IMG/VR virus record: IMGVR_UViG_3300046007_009360
DNA length: 64,000 nt
Direction: 5' to 3' (one strand)
From: an uncultured virus (IMG/VR IMGVR_UViG_3300046007_009360)
Lineage: Duplodnaviria > Heunggongvirae > Uroviricota > Caudoviricetes
The position numbers and the translations under genes are program-made. The first letter of the stretch is position 1, and every line of letters begins with the position of its first letter. Under the pieces are notes generated by a model. It was not told the DNA's origin, made no database searches, and saw only the letters and a list, made by a program, of their open reading frames with translations. Positions 28,590 to 39,154 of the stretch are shown here, one piece after another.

Positions 28590-29312
28590 ATGTCTAAAAA
28601 GAATAAACGTAAACAAGAAGATAAGTCACCAGTAGTTCCTCAAAGAGATAAAATTGAAGGTTTCTTGGATATTCGTGAATTACAATGGACAGATAATCAA
28701 AAGAAATTTATAGAACTTATACAGAATAAAGAAACAAAAATAGTATTCTGTAAAGGTCCAGCAGGAACAGCCAAAAGCTTGTTATCTGTATATTCTGCTT
28801 TAAGATCTTTAAATGATAAAAAAATAGGTGAAATATTTTACATTCGTAATCCAGTTGAAAGTTCTACTCATAATTTAGGTTTCCTTAAAGGTGACTTACA
28901 TAGCAAATTAGATCCTTATTTGCAACCATTAATGGATAAATTACATGAATTATTACCAAAAAGTCAAGTAGAAAGATTATTAAAAGAAGAGAGAGTAAAA
29001 GGTTTACCAGTAGGATTTTTAAGAGGTTTAAGTATAAATGCTAGTTATATTATATGTGACGAAGCTCAAAATTTAAGTATACATGACCTTTTATTAATTA
29101 CTACAAGAATGGGAAGATTTAGTAAATTAATATTAATTGGAGATATACGTCAATCAGATATTAAAAATAGTGGATTTGAAAAGATATATAATCTATTCGA
29201 TGATAAGAAAAGCGCAGATAAAGGAATAGTTACTTTCAAATTTGGCACAGATGATATTATGCGAAATGATATTTTAGCTTATATTATTGAGAAATTTGAA
29301 CAACTAAAATAG
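28590..29312 (+). CDS. phoH: PhoH-family ATPase
   Basis: GPAGTAKS Walker A, LGFLKG, FLRG, ICDEAQN, TRMG, GDIRQSD. Confidence 0.92.
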   Translation: MSKKNKRKQEDKSPVVPQRDKIEGFLDIRELQWTDNQKKFIELIQNKETKIVFCKGPAGTAKSLLSVYSALRSLNDKKIGEIFYIRNPVESSTHNLGFLKGDLHSKLDPYLQPLMDKLHELLPKSQVERLLKEERVKGLPVGFLRGLSINASYIICDEAQNLSIHDLLLITTRMGRFSKLILIGDIRQSDIKNSGFEKIYNLFDDKKSADKGIVTFKFGTDDIMRNDILAYIIEKFEQLK

Positions 29313-29348
29313 TTGATATTTTAATTAAATTAAAGTATAATTAGTATT

Positions 29349-29807
29349 ATGCTTAAAATATATTGTACAGAATGTGGTAATCCAACTACTTATACTTCCG
29401 CTAAACCTAAATTTTGTAGTTCATGCGGAACACCATTTGACAAGTTAATTGTTAATAAAGTTTTATTACAAAAACCTACAGCAGATCAACCAAAAACACC
29501 AAAAAGAATCTTACCAAAACTAGAAAGAAAAGCTGAAGTTGAAGATTATGATGACGAAAATGACGATGAATTTACAGATGTAAATCATGTTCCAAACATT
29601 GGTAGTCTAGATATAGAACTTCAAGAAAATCCTGTCCCTAAAAAAACAAAGATTGGAGATATTCTTGGAAGTGCAAAATCTGGAGCAAAAAGAGAAAAGA
29701 TAAAAGGAAAACCTTCAACGAAGACAGATCGCAAAAAGTTTCTAGAAGACTTCAAGAGAGAAGCTGGAGCAATTCGTCCATCCTCAAGAGGAAGACAAGA
29801 TGGCTAA
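29349..29807 (+). CDS. zinc-ribbon protein
   Basis: CTECG...FCSSCG. Confidence 0.7.
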   Translation: MLKIYCTECGNPTTYTSAKPKFCSSCGTPFDKLIVNKVLLQKPTADQPKTPKRILPKLERKAEVEDYDDENDDEFTDVNHVPNIGSLDIELQENPVPKKTKIGDILGSAKSGAKREKIKGKPSTKTDRKKFLEDFKREAGAIRPSSRGRQDG

Positions 29808-30480
29808 AAAGCCCTCATTCGAAAGCTTAATTGACGTAATAAATTCCGAAATAATTAAAAGAAAAAGTAAGTGGAATTTAACAGCGATAAACTGGATGGA
29901 TTTTAGTGATGTATCTCAGATACTAAGAATACATATTTATAAAAAATGGCATCTTTATGATCATAAAAAACCATTAGCCCCTTGGGTTAATCGTATTATC
30001 AGTAACCAAATTAAAAATTTAATAAGAAATAATTATAGTAATTTTACTCGCCCATGTCTTAAATGTGCAGCAGCAGAGAGCGAAGAAGGCTGTTCAATTT
30101 ACGGACAGCAATGTAATGCGTGTCCTCTATACGCTAATTGGGAAAGAAGTAAGAAAAGCGCGCACGATACAAAGTTGACACTTAGCATAGAGAATCACTC
30201 TCAAGAAATCAATGATATGCCAACTAATAATTTTAATATGGAAGAAACTGCTCAGAATATACATAAGAAGATGGAGAAAGTTTTAAAACCGATTGAATGG
30301 AAAGTTTATAAATATTTATATATTGAAGGTAAAGATGAAGAGCAAACTGCAAAATTAATGGGTTATAGAACAAGTGAGAAGAATAGAATTGCTGGATATA
30401 AACAAATTAAAAATATAAAAAAGATAATTATAGTTAAAGTAAAAAAACATTTATATAATGGCGATATAGATATTCATTAA
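29800..30480 (+). CDS. sigma70/ECF-like transcription factor with Cys-rich insertion
   Basis: Region-2-like DVSQILRIHIYKKWHLYD..KPLAPWVNRIISNQIKN; region-4-like LKPIEWKVYKYLYIEGKDEEQTAKLMG. Confidence 0.65.
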   Translation: MAKKPSFESLIDVINSEIIKRKSKWNLTAINWMDFSDVSQILRIHIYKKWHLYDHKKPLAPWVNRIISNQIKNLIRNNYSNFTRPCLKCAAAESEEGCSIYGQQCNACPLYANWERSKKSAHDTKLTLSIENHSQEINDMPTNNFNMEETAQNIHKKMEKVLKPIEWKVYKYLYIEGKDEEQTAKLMGYRTSEKNRIAGYKQIKNIKKIIIVKVKKHLYNGDIDIH

Positions 30481-30481
30481 T

Positions 30482-31576
30482 ATGAACGATAATTTACCAA
30501 CTCTAACTAAAGAACAAGAATTAAAACTTTTAACGGAATGGAATAATCGTCCAGATAATCCGCCATCACTTGTAGAATTAGTAAGATTAGCTTTTAATAG
30601 AGACGATTTAGACGGAAGAAGCAAAGAGGGCAAAGCAGTTAAAGAATTTTTAGCTTCAAGACAAATAAAACCAAAGAAGAGTCACGAATATCAAGCAAAA
30701 GGATTAATTGAATTAAATCTAGAACAAAAAGAATACATCGGTAATAATTGTTCAACAATGACTGGATTAGAGATCGCTAAAATTTTATTTAAAAACGAAG
30801 AACTCACTAATCTTTCTCAAGAAACCCGTAGCGTTTTAGAATACATTAAAACATTACCAACAAATATAAAATATAATAATCAAGAAAATGAAAATCTTTC
30901 TACAGAAGAATATCGTCCACCAAAAAGTGAAGATAGAATGATAGCAAAGATTAATAGATACATTATGGATGGAGTTGATAAAAATAAATTAACTCATAAA
31001 CATAAAAAAGATATCTCTTCACTAATAGGATATATGAATACTTTTAGATTTATTCATCAGATTAATTTGTACAGCGATGAAAGAGATCGAGAACTTTTTG
31101 AAAGCAGTTTTGTTCGTTATACCTATGATAAAAGTGATCTAACTCAAGAAGAGGTGGATCAATATATTGTTCTGTCTACAGAAGTTGTGATTTCATCAAA
31201 TATTCAACAAACAATTAATGCGCTTCAAAATCAAATTGATATTTCTATGGAAGCTGACGGAAAGATACCAATGGCTGTTGTTGAAGCTAGTAATACTGCA
31301 CGTAAAGAATATAATGACTGTGTTAATCGCCAACAAAAACTTCTTAATGATCTTAAAGTAAAAAGAAGCGAGAGATTGAGCAAGCAAGTCAAAGAAACTG
31401 CTTCGATTATCAATCTCGTGCAAATGTGGAAAGAAGAAGAAAGCAGAGCTAAACTTCTAAAGATGGCAGAGATGCGAAAACAAGTTGTTGAAAAAGAAAT
31501 CGATAGACTTACTACAATGGATGAATTAAAATGCAAGATATTAGGCATATCTAAAGATGAGATTTTAAATGGATGA
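30482..31576 (+). CDS. hypothetical protein (possible terminase small subunit/DNA-binding)
   Basis: 364 aa, helical C-terminal coil; positioned before the nuclease and terL; function is inferred from position only. Confidence 0.55.
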   Translation: MNDNLPTLTKEQELKLLTEWNNRPDNPPSLVELVRLAFNRDDLDGRSKEGKAVKEFLASRQIKPKKSHEYQAKGLIELNLEQKEYIGNNCSTMTGLEIAKILFKNEELTNLSQETRSVLEYIKTLPTNIKYNNQENENLSTEEYRPPKSEDRMIAKINRYIMDGVDKNKLTHKHKKDISSLIGYMNTFRFIHQINLYSDERDRELFESSFVRYTYDKSDLTQEEVDQYIVLSTEVVISSNIQQTINALQNQIDISMEADGKIPMAVVEASNTARKEYNDCVNRQQKLLNDLKVKRSERLSKQVKETASIINLVQMWKEEESRAKLLKMAEMRKQVVEKEIDRLTTMDELKCKILGISKDEILNG

Positions 31577-32508
31577 GCGTAATATGTAAAGTAGATGGTA
31601 AGGAATTTAAAGATGAAAAAAGTCTTCATCTTGCGCTTAAAGGCTATGGTTTAAATAAAGTAAAATACTATCAAACTTATTATGAGCGTCGCGATCTACT
31701 TACAAATGAATTAATAAATTTTAAAACTAAAGAACAGTATCTTAATAGCGATTTTAATGATAAAAATAATATGAAAAAATGGCTGAAAGAACAGCCAACA
31801 GAAAGATCAAGAGAATATTGCAAGGAATTATTAATTAAAAGAAAAGAATCAAAAAATTTAATATATTCTCCGACTCAAGTAGAGCTAAGAACAATAATGG
31901 CGCCATCAATCATATTTTATAATAAAATATTTAAAGATTATTACAATGTCTGTTCTTCGATTGGATTAGAAAATAAATTTATTCATCCTAATTTAATTGG
32001 AGATAATTTTAAAAATAGATTGACACAAAAAGATATAATTTATGTAGACACAAGAGAACAAAGTTGGCTTAAATTTAACACACCATTTGAAATTAAGACC
32101 TTATCATTTGGAGATTATGCCTGTTCAAATGATAATTGTGGATGTTTTATAGAAAGAAAAAGTCTTAGCGATTTCATAAGCACACTAAGCGTTAAGAACT
32201 ATGATCGTTTTAAAAATGAAATAGAAAAAGCCAGAAAGAATAATTCTTATGTTATTGTTATGGTAGAAGAAGTACTTACGAATGCCTTAAGTTTTCAATA
32301 TCTTCCTCATATAAGTAAAAAAATAAAAGCAACCCCAGAGTACATATTTCATAATGTAAGAGAACTTTTACAAAGCTATGATAATTTACAATTTTTATTT
32401 GTTGATGGTAGAAAAGAGATGACTAGATTAATCGAGGCTATATTTGCTAGTAAATGTTTTTATAAAAAAATAGATTTACAACTAGCATATGATATGAAAA
32501 TTATATGA
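31573..32508 (+). CDS. ERCC4/XPF-family nuclease domain protein
   Basis: VDTREQ...GDY...IERKSLSDF...RFKNEI...VEE motifs. Confidence 0.85.
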   Translation: MSVICKVDGKEFKDEKSLHLALKGYGLNKVKYYQTYYERRDLLTNELINFKTKEQYLNSDFNDKNNMKKWLKEQPTERSREYCKELLIKRKESKNLIYSPTQVELRTIMAPSIIFYNKIFKDYYNVCSSIGLENKFIHPNLIGDNFKNRLTQKDIIYVDTREQSWLKFNTPFEIKTLSFGDYACSNDNCGCFIERKSLSDFISTLSVKNYDRFKNEIEKARKNNSYVIVMVEEVLTNALSFQYLPHISKKIKATPEYIFHNVRELLQSYDNLQFLFVDGRKEMTRLIEAIFASKCFYKKIDLQLAYDMKII

Positions 32509-34349
32509 TCTTTTGTCCAGAGAAATATTTTAAAGAAATTAAAGATGTTAATGCAGAATTATCTGAATTAAAAGGATTTCTTAATGATAGGGAAGCAAAA
32601 ATTAGTTTAGCTAAGTTTTTAAGAGCTAATATTGGGTTTACAGTTGAATTAATTAGTGGAGTTAAACTTGCGGCTTATCAGGAGATTCATCTTAAAGCTA
32701 TGATGAACAGAAATTTTAATATGTGCGTATTTGGTCGTGGTTGTGGAAAATCCTTTATGGCCGCAGTATTTTGTTTTCTTCAATGTATATTTGAACCAAA
32801 CACGAAAATTCTTATAGCTGGTCCAACATTTAGAACTGCAAGATTTATTTTTAATAATTTAGAAAAAATCGTACAAAGTCCTGGAGCAGAATTACTTTCT
32901 CAATGTTTTGGAGCGAAAGCAAAAAGAAATGATCAATTTGAATGGCAAATTAATAATGGAAGCATTGTCGCAATTCCTCTTAATGGAGAAAAAATTCGAG
33001 GTTTTCGAGCAAATATTCTTGTGCTTGACGAGTTTCTTTTATTACCAGAAGAAATTATTAAGAACGTATTAATGCCATTCTTAGTTGCTCCACAGAATAT
33101 GAAAGAAAGAATGGAGATCCGTGAGTTTGAAGATAAATTGATATCAGAAGGAGTAATGCAAGAAAAAGATAGAATGGTTTTTGAAAATACAAGTAAAATG
33201 ATAGCTCTTTCATCTGCAAGTTATACATTCGAAAATCTTTATAAAACTTATAATGAATGGTGTGAAAAAATAAATAGTCAAGAAAAGGGAGAAGCAACTT
33301 ATTTTGTTAGCCAAATGAGTTACGAGGCTTTACCAGAAGAAATGATAGATAAAACAATTATTGAAGAAGCCCAAGCTGGTGGATCAAGTCATAGTGGATT
33401 TTTAAGAGAATATTGCGCTCAATTCACCGATGGAAGTGATAGCTATTTTAATGCTAAAAAGATGGAAGAATGTACATTAAAAACTGGAGAAAAGCCCCAC
33501 ACATTAATGCGAGGAGATCCGAAGAAAAAATATATTCTTGGAATCGATCCTAACATGAGTGATAGTCCAAATGCAGATTATTTTGCTATGGCTGTTATGG
33601 AATATGACGAAGAGAGAAAACAAGGAGTTTTAGTTCATACATATGCTGGTCTAGGTAATCTTAAAAATCATGTTAATTATCTATATTACATAATGAAAAA
33701 TTTTAATATTGTTTTCATGATTATTGATAATGCTGGTGCTGATACATTTTTATCCGCATGCAATGAATCTAATTTATTTAAACAAGATAGAATTGAAATT
33801 AAGACATTAGATTTCGATTCAGATCTTGAAGGTGCAGATTACGATATGATGGTTAGAAACATAAAGAATCAATATAATTTGGAAAATAAAAGAATTGCAT
33901 TTAATCAAGTTTTTACCAGCAGTTTTATTCGTAAGGCGAATGAGTATCTTCAAGCATGTATTGATTATAAAAGAGTATGGTTTGCTAGTCGTACAGCCTC
34001 AGATGAAGCATCATTTAATGAAACAATAGCATTAAATGTTCCCTTAGAATTGATGAAAACAGATGATAAGAAAGATTGGACAGTATTAGATTTTATTGAG
34101 AATCAAGATGATTTTATATATCAAACGAAAAAACAATGCGTTTTAATAGAACATTCTACCACTAGTCGAGGAACCCAAAGCTTTGACTTACCTCAACATT
34201 TAAAGAGAAGCGCTTCTGCTAATAAAGCTAGAAAAGATAATTATTCCGCATTTATGTTAGCGAATTGGGCTGTAAAGTGCTATAATGATATAATGACAAC
34301 TCAAATAGTTGAAGTACAACCTACTTTTTCGCCTATTATGATCAGATAA
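32505..34349 (+). CDS. terL: terminase large subunit
   Basis: GRGCGKS Walker A, IRGFRANILVLDE Walker B, LSSA coupling motif, YILGID nuclease domain, KDNYSA. Confidence 0.88.
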   Translation: MIFCPEKYFKEIKDVNAELSELKGFLNDREAKISLAKFLRANIGFTVELISGVKLAAYQEIHLKAMMNRNFNMCVFGRGCGKSFMAAVFCFLQCIFEPNTKILIAGPTFRTARFIFNNLEKIVQSPGAELLSQCFGAKAKRNDQFEWQINNGSIVAIPLNGEKIRGFRANILVLDEFLLLPEEIIKNVLMPFLVAPQNMKERMEIREFEDKLISEGVMQEKDRMVFENTSKMIALSSASYTFENLYKTYNEWCEKINSQEKGEATYFVSQMSYEALPEEMIDKTIIEEAQAGGSSHSGFLREYCAQFTDGSDSYFNAKKMEECTLKTGEKPHTLMRGDPKKKYILGIDPNMSDSPNADYFAMAVMEYDEERKQGVLVHTYAGLGNLKNHVNYLYYIMKNFNIVFMIIDNAGADTFLSACNESNLFKQDRIEIKTLDFDSDLEGADYDMMVRNIKNQYNLENKRIAFNQVFTSSFIRKANEYLQACIDYKRVWFASRTASDEASFNETIALNVPLELMKTDDKKDWTVLDFIENQDDFIYQTKKQCVLIEHSTTSRGTQSFDLPQHLKRSASANKARKDNYSAFMLANWAVKCYNDIMTTQIVEVQPTFSPIMIR

Positions 34350-34370
34350 TGTGTAATATTTACAAGTAAA

Positions 34371-36317
34371 ATGTCCAAAAAATCAAAAAAACAAGAAAAA
34401 ATTACTAAAAGTAACGAAATTCAACCTCTTATGGTTTCGGATGCGTCTACAAATTATCAGATACAAGCTGCTGTAGCTGGTTCAGACTCGGGCGATTCCT
34501 CTCATACTCAAACTAGGAGAAATGCTGCCGCAGATATTACTAGAACTAATAGATATAAAAATATTGATGATGGATTAATTCCTTTTAGATATTCCACTGG
34601 CATATCGAATGGCTCGAATATGAATGTTCGAGACGCAGTTATCTTATGTCAAAAATGTTACTATAATTTCGCTATATTCAGAAATACCATTGATCTAATG
34701 ACAGAGTTTTCTTGTAGTGATATTTATTTTAAAGGCGGTAGTCAAAAGAGTAGAGATTTTTTTAGCGCATGGTTAAAGAAGATTAACATGTTTGATCTTC
34801 AAGATCAATTTTTTAGAGAATATTATCGTAGCGGAAATGTATTTATATATCGTTTTGATACGAAGATTCAACCAGAAGACGTAAGTAAAATTACTCAGAC
34901 TTTTGGTTTATCTTCAAAAGCTGCAAATATTATGCTACCAGCAAGATACAACATAATTAATCCTGCAGACGTTCAAATTGGCGGAACAATTAATTTTTCC
35001 GTTGGAAGATATTATAAAATTTTAACAGATTATGAACTTGAAAGATTGAAGGCTCCAAAAACCGAAGAAGATCTTGAAGTATTAAAGAGTCTACCTCCAG
35101 AAACTCAAAAACTTATTACAAAAACTAGAGTTGGAATTCTAACTCTTCCTCTTGACCGCAATAGGCTTTGCGCTGTATTTTATAAGAAACAAGATTACGA
35201 ACCATTTGCGGTTCCTATGGGCTTTCCAGTACTCGAAGATATTAATTGGAAAGCAGAAATGAAAAAGATGGACATGGCCGTAGCGCGTTCATTACAGCAA
35301 ATTATTCTATTAGTCACGATGGGCACAGAACCAGAGAAGGGCGGAATTAATCAGAAGAATTTAGAGGCAATGCAATCATTATTTACGAATCAAAGCGTTG
35401 GTCGTGTTCTTATTGCAGATTATACAACTAAAGCAGAATTTATTATTCCAAACATAGGTAATCTAATGGGCCCAGAAAAATATCAGATCGTTGATCGCGA
35501 TATTCAAATTGGTTTAAATAATATCTTAATCGGAAATGAAAAATTTGCGAATGAAAGCATAAAAGTACAAGTATTTATTGAAAGACTAAAACAAGCTCGC
35601 GAATCTTTTATAAATAATTTCTTATATCCAGAGATTCGTAGAATTAGTAAAGAACTTGGATTTAAAAATTATCCAACACCTTATTTTGAAGATATTGATT
35701 TAAAAGATGATATTCAATATTCAAGAGTATATACAAGATTGATAGAGCTAGGAATTTTAACTCCAGAAGAAGGAATTACAGCAATTGAAACCGGTAAACT
35801 TCCAGATCCAGAAAGTTCAGTCCAATCTCAACAAAAACTTAGAGAATTAAAAGATCAAGGATATTATCAACCACTTATTGGTGGCGCAAAAATGGGTGAG
35901 CCTGGTAGACCAGCTGGATCTACTGGAATTCCTCAAACAACTAAAAATGTTAAACCAGTTGGTGAGGGAAGACAGGCTAGAGCCGCACTATTTGATATAG
36001 AGAAAATTAAAGATAATTTTATTCTTGCATCAAGATTACAAGAAAAGGTTGAAGCTTCTCTTAGGGAAAAGCATTCTTTAAGAAAATTATCAAAACAACA
36101 AAAAGATGTTGCATTTGAAATAGTTAAAATTATTGCTTCAAATGAATCTCCAGAGAATTGGGAAAATGTTATAGCAGAATATTTAACAAATCCTAAAGAT
36201 AAAAATCCAAATACAATAAATGAAATTGAAAGTATTGCCGTGGAACATAGCATTGATAGTTATGTAGCAAGTATTCTTTATCATAGTAAAAAGATTGAGG
36301 ATATAAAAAATGGCTGA
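34371..36317 (+). CDS. portal protein
   Basis: Directly after terL, 648 aa; FRNTIDLM..F, YYRSGNVF, GILTPEE features typical of portals. Confidence 0.75.
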   Translation: MSKKSKKQEKITKSNEIQPLMVSDASTNYQIQAAVAGSDSGDSSHTQTRRNAAADITRTNRYKNIDDGLIPFRYSTGISNGSNMNVRDAVILCQKCYYNFAIFRNTIDLMTEFSCSDIYFKGGSQKSRDFFSAWLKKINMFDLQDQFFREYYRSGNVFIYRFDTKIQPEDVSKITQTFGLSSKAANIMLPARYNIINPADVQIGGTINFSVGRYYKILTDYELERLKAPKTEEDLEVLKSLPPETQKLITKTRVGILTLPLDRNRLCAVFYKKQDYEPFAVPMGFPVLEDINWKAEMKKMDMAVARSLQQIILLVTMGTEPEKGGINQKNLEAMQSLFTNQSVGRVLIADYTTKAEFIIPNIGNLMGPEKYQIVDRDIQIGLNNILIGNEKFANESIKVQVFIERLKQARESFINNFLYPEIRRISKELGFKNYPTPYFEDIDLKDDIQYSRVYTRLIELGILTPEEGITAIETGKLPDPESSVQSQQKLRELKDQGYYQPLIGGAKMGEPGRPAGSTGIPQTTKNVKPVGEGRQARAALFDIEKIKDNFILASRLQEKVEASLREKHSLRKLSKQQKDVAFEIVKIIASNESPENWENVIAEYLTNPKDKNPNTINEIESIAVEHSIDSYVASILYHSKKIEDIKNG

Positions 36318-37053
36318 CAATCTAATTAGATTAAAACAAATAAATAGAAATGAACTTGACGCGGCTATTAGCGGAACAGTCAATAATTTACCAATTACAG
36401 GATTAGCTAATGTTTATAATGAATTTTTAAATCTATATGCTCCAGGAGATTCATTTAAATTAATACATCTAACTTCTTTAAAGACCCAGTTTGAAAAACA
36501 AGTTGATACCACAGGAATAAGAAATAATAGTGTTATAAATATAATTGGTACAAATGGTTCTGACAAAAATTATACGTATACAAGTAAAAGTTATCTGTTA
36601 GCATCTGGGATAATAACGCCTTCAAGAGGTATAAACTTAACATCTGGTCTATATAGTGGTTATACACTCTCTCAGATGAGAACTCATTCTACGTTTAGAA
36701 ATAATTTTGTTAGAATAACTGGACTACAAACACCAGGCGCTGCTCAATGGGTAAAACCAAAAGTTAGATTTTTAGAAACTATAGTTAATATAGATGTTCC
36801 AAGTGGATATGGTCCAGTTATACCATTAGCATTTCAAGGACCAGGAACAAATCTTACAAATGATCCTATATTGACTTTAAGATTTAATTTTGCTGCGGAT
36901 GATGCTCCTAGACTTGTAAGCGGATTTGACGGACCAAATACAGTTATGACAATAACTGGGGCAAATTACGATTTTACACAAGTAGAAAGATTTGTTTATC
37001 ATGCTGGTGGAGGTGCAGAATATGGAAAAGATTATGGATTTATTAAAATTTAA
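36310..37053 (+). CDS. virion-associated hypothetical protein
   Basis: G/T/N-rich ORF overlapping the portal stop. Confidence 0.6.
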   Translation: MADNLIRLKQINRNELDAAISGTVNNLPITGLANVYNEFLNLYAPGDSFKLIHLTSLKTQFEKQVDTTGIRNNSVINIIGTNGSDKNYTYTSKSYLLASGIITPSRGINLTSGLYSGYTLSQMRTHSTFRNNFVRITGLQTPGAAQWVKPKVRFLETIVNIDVPSGYGPVIPLAFQGPGTNLTNDPILTLRFNFAADDAPRLVSGFDGPNTVMTITGANYDFTQVERFVYHAGGGAEYGKDYGFIKI

Positions 37054-37062
37054 CATACAAGG

Positions 37063-37167
37063 TGAATTGACAAGGCGCGGCGGTGGAATCCCGCAGCCCA
37101 GTGGCCGGTGCATGGTTTGTTCTGGCCCAGTGGCTACCCCATGGGTTGGGGCAGCCCTGTCAGTTCA
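37063..37167. other. GC-rich multi-stem intergenic element (candidate ncRNA or DNA structure)
   Basis: TGAATTGACA/TGTCAGTTCA closing stem with three internal hairpins. Confidence 0.55.
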
Positions 37168-37183
37168 TGGAGTATAAAATATT

Positions 37184-37663
37184 ATGAGTGATCTTAGAAT
37201 TCAAACATCATATCTTCAGGTCTTCAAAAGTGGAGAATTTAATAAAGCTTCATTTAATGAAGTTAATTTAAATAATGTTGATAATCTAAATCTTTCTGGA
37301 GTTGATGTAACAATACAAAATGCGACTGTAGATTTAAATAATTCTGTACTAGTAAATGCAGTTCCACAATTTGTCAATGAAGCAACGAATTTTATTATAT
37401 CTGGAAATGATAATGGACGAGTCATTTTAGCTAATTCGCAGAATCAAATTACTGGAACAATTGTAAGTGGAAATGTAATTGGATTTAATACAACAATAAT
37501 TCAAATAGGAGCTGGTCAAATTTTTGTTACAGGAAGCGGATTTAATGCCGCAATTCCTATATTAAGCTATAATAATCAATACAGAACAGCAGGATCAGGA
37601 GCATCAATTTCACTTCTTCACACGGGAAATAATAGATATATAATGTATGGAAATACAATATGA
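37184..37663 (+). CDS. virion beta-rich protein
   Basis: GFNTTIIQIGAGQI...SLL motif typical of fibre/appendage C-terminal domains. Confidence 0.6.
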   Translation: MSDLRIQTSYLQVFKSGEFNKASFNEVNLNNVDNLNLSGVDVTIQNATVDLNNSVLVNAVPQFVNEATNFIISGNDNGRVILANSQNQITGTIVSGNVIGFNTTIIQIGAGQIFVTGSGFNAAIPILSYNNQYRTAGSGASISLLHTGNNRYIMYGNTI

Positions 37664-38343
37664 TAATATTGCCATCTGTTTCGAGTGGAATAATTTCAAG
37701 TTCTTTTAGTCCTACGCGTATTCCAGGATTGAAACTTTGGGTTAAAGCTGATGCGGATGTAACTGTGAGTGGTGGTGTTGTTACTTCTTGGAAAGATCAG
37801 AGTGGAAATGTAAATAATTTATCTAATCAAACAGCTAATTCTGTTCTTGAGTCTAATATTATAAATGGGAATCCCGCGATTAAATTTAATTCTGGAAGAC
37901 TCAGAGGAAATAATATTGTTACAGCTAAAACAATCTACGCTGTTATAAAAACTTTAGCATCTCAACCAAGTCAATACGCGGCAATTCTAGAAGCTACTGG
38001 TGGTAGCTTATATAGCGCAATTTTAGGAAATACTTGGGGATCTTACTTTAACATTGAAAGAGCAGCAAATACTACTATTGCCGCAAATACCTCAGCTATT
38101 ATAGCTACACTTTCAGATAATGGAATTAATTACACATTTCGATTGAATGGGCAAATAGATAGGACTGAATCAAATGGAAGCGGTTTTTTTAGTAGATCGT
38201 TTTTATACGTTGGAAATGATAGTGGTGGTGGACAACAGGCAAATGTTTATATAAGCGAAATTCTTGTTTTTGATAATGTAATTAGCGCGCAAAATATTGC
38301 AAATTTAGAATCTTATCTTAATAATAAATATAGAATTTATTAA
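37660..38343 (+). CDS. LamG/concanavalin-like virion protein
   Basis: GLKLWVKAD...WKDQSGN...ISEILVFD...ESYLNNKY. Confidence 0.7.
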   Translation: MIILPSVSSGIISSSFSPTRIPGLKLWVKADADVTVSGGVVTSWKDQSGNVNNLSNQTANSVLESNIINGNPAIKFNSGRLRGNNIVTAKTIYAVIKTLASQPSQYAAILEATGGSLYSAILGNTWGSYFNIERAANTTIAANTSAIIATLSDNGINYTFRLNGQIDRTESNGSGFFSRSFLYVGNDSGGGQQANVYISEILVFDNVISAQNIANLESYLNNKYRIY

Positions 38344-38398
38344 TTTAATTTATTTTGATAATGTCATTATAAGTATATATAATATAGTGTAATCTATT

Positions 38399-38698
38399 AT
38401 GAAGAATATGCTATTTAAATTATTTGGTCCTAATTGGCGTTCAAGTACATCTGGCATTATCACAGTTGTAGCTGTATCAACAGCTTTCGCTATTCATGGA
38501 GATAATTCGTTGGTAGCATTTTTACCAAATAAATTAGAAGAATATATTATTGGTTTTTCTAAGCTCATAGCAGTCGTAAGTGGTATAATTTTTGCTCTTA
38601 CAGTAAAAGATGCTGCCGTAACTGGTGGCAAAGTAGCTCAAACAAAAGAAGCGAAAAAAAGAGTAAAGAAAGAAATAGGACATGGAGAAAATATATGA
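38399..38698 (+). CDS. holin-like membrane protein
   Basis: NWRSSTSG + two TM segments + basic tail; in the lysis cluster. Confidence 0.55.
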   Translation: MKNMLFKLFGPNWRSSTSGIITVVAVSTAFAIHGDNSLVAFLPNKLEEYIIGFSKLIAVVSGIIFALTVKDAAVTGGKVAQTKEAKKRVKKEIGHGENI

Positions 38699-39153
38699 AT
38701 AAATTAAACATCATTGCTGTTGCCCTTATGGGTATTTTTATAATTGGTTGCTCTACTACAAATACAGGTGGAGATAATCAAATCGGTGGAACAACTGCAG
38801 TAGAAAATGCTCTTCCTTATATTAAGCCAGCAGTTATTCTTGCTTGCACAGTTGTTCTCGAACAGGCTCTTTCTCCAGAAGATAGAGTAGAGAAAGCAAA
38901 GATGATTAATCATATAGCTACAGTTGTAGAGAGTCTTACAGTTGGTCAGACTCCAACTCCAGATCAACTCCAAAAAGCTCTTACTGATTATCTTCCAGCA
39001 GAAAAAACTCACTGGGCAAAATATATTGTAGCACTTAAAGATATATACGCCGCACAATTCGCTAAACTAAATGGAGACGCAGCTCTTGCTGTAAAAGTTC
39101 TTAATGCAATCGCCGCAGGCTGCAAAGACGCTACAGAAGAATACGTAGACTAA
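38695..39153 (+). CDS. lipoprotein
   Basis: Signal peptide with IIGC lipobox. Confidence 0.65.
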   Translation: MNKLNIIAVALMGIFIIGCSTTNTGGDNQIGGTTAVENALPYIKPAVILACTVVLEQALSPEDRVEKAKMINHIATVVESLTVGQTPTPDQLQKALTDYLPAEKTHWAKYIVALKDIYAAQFAKLNGDAALAVKVLNAIAAGCKDATEEYVD

Positions 39154-39154
39154 A

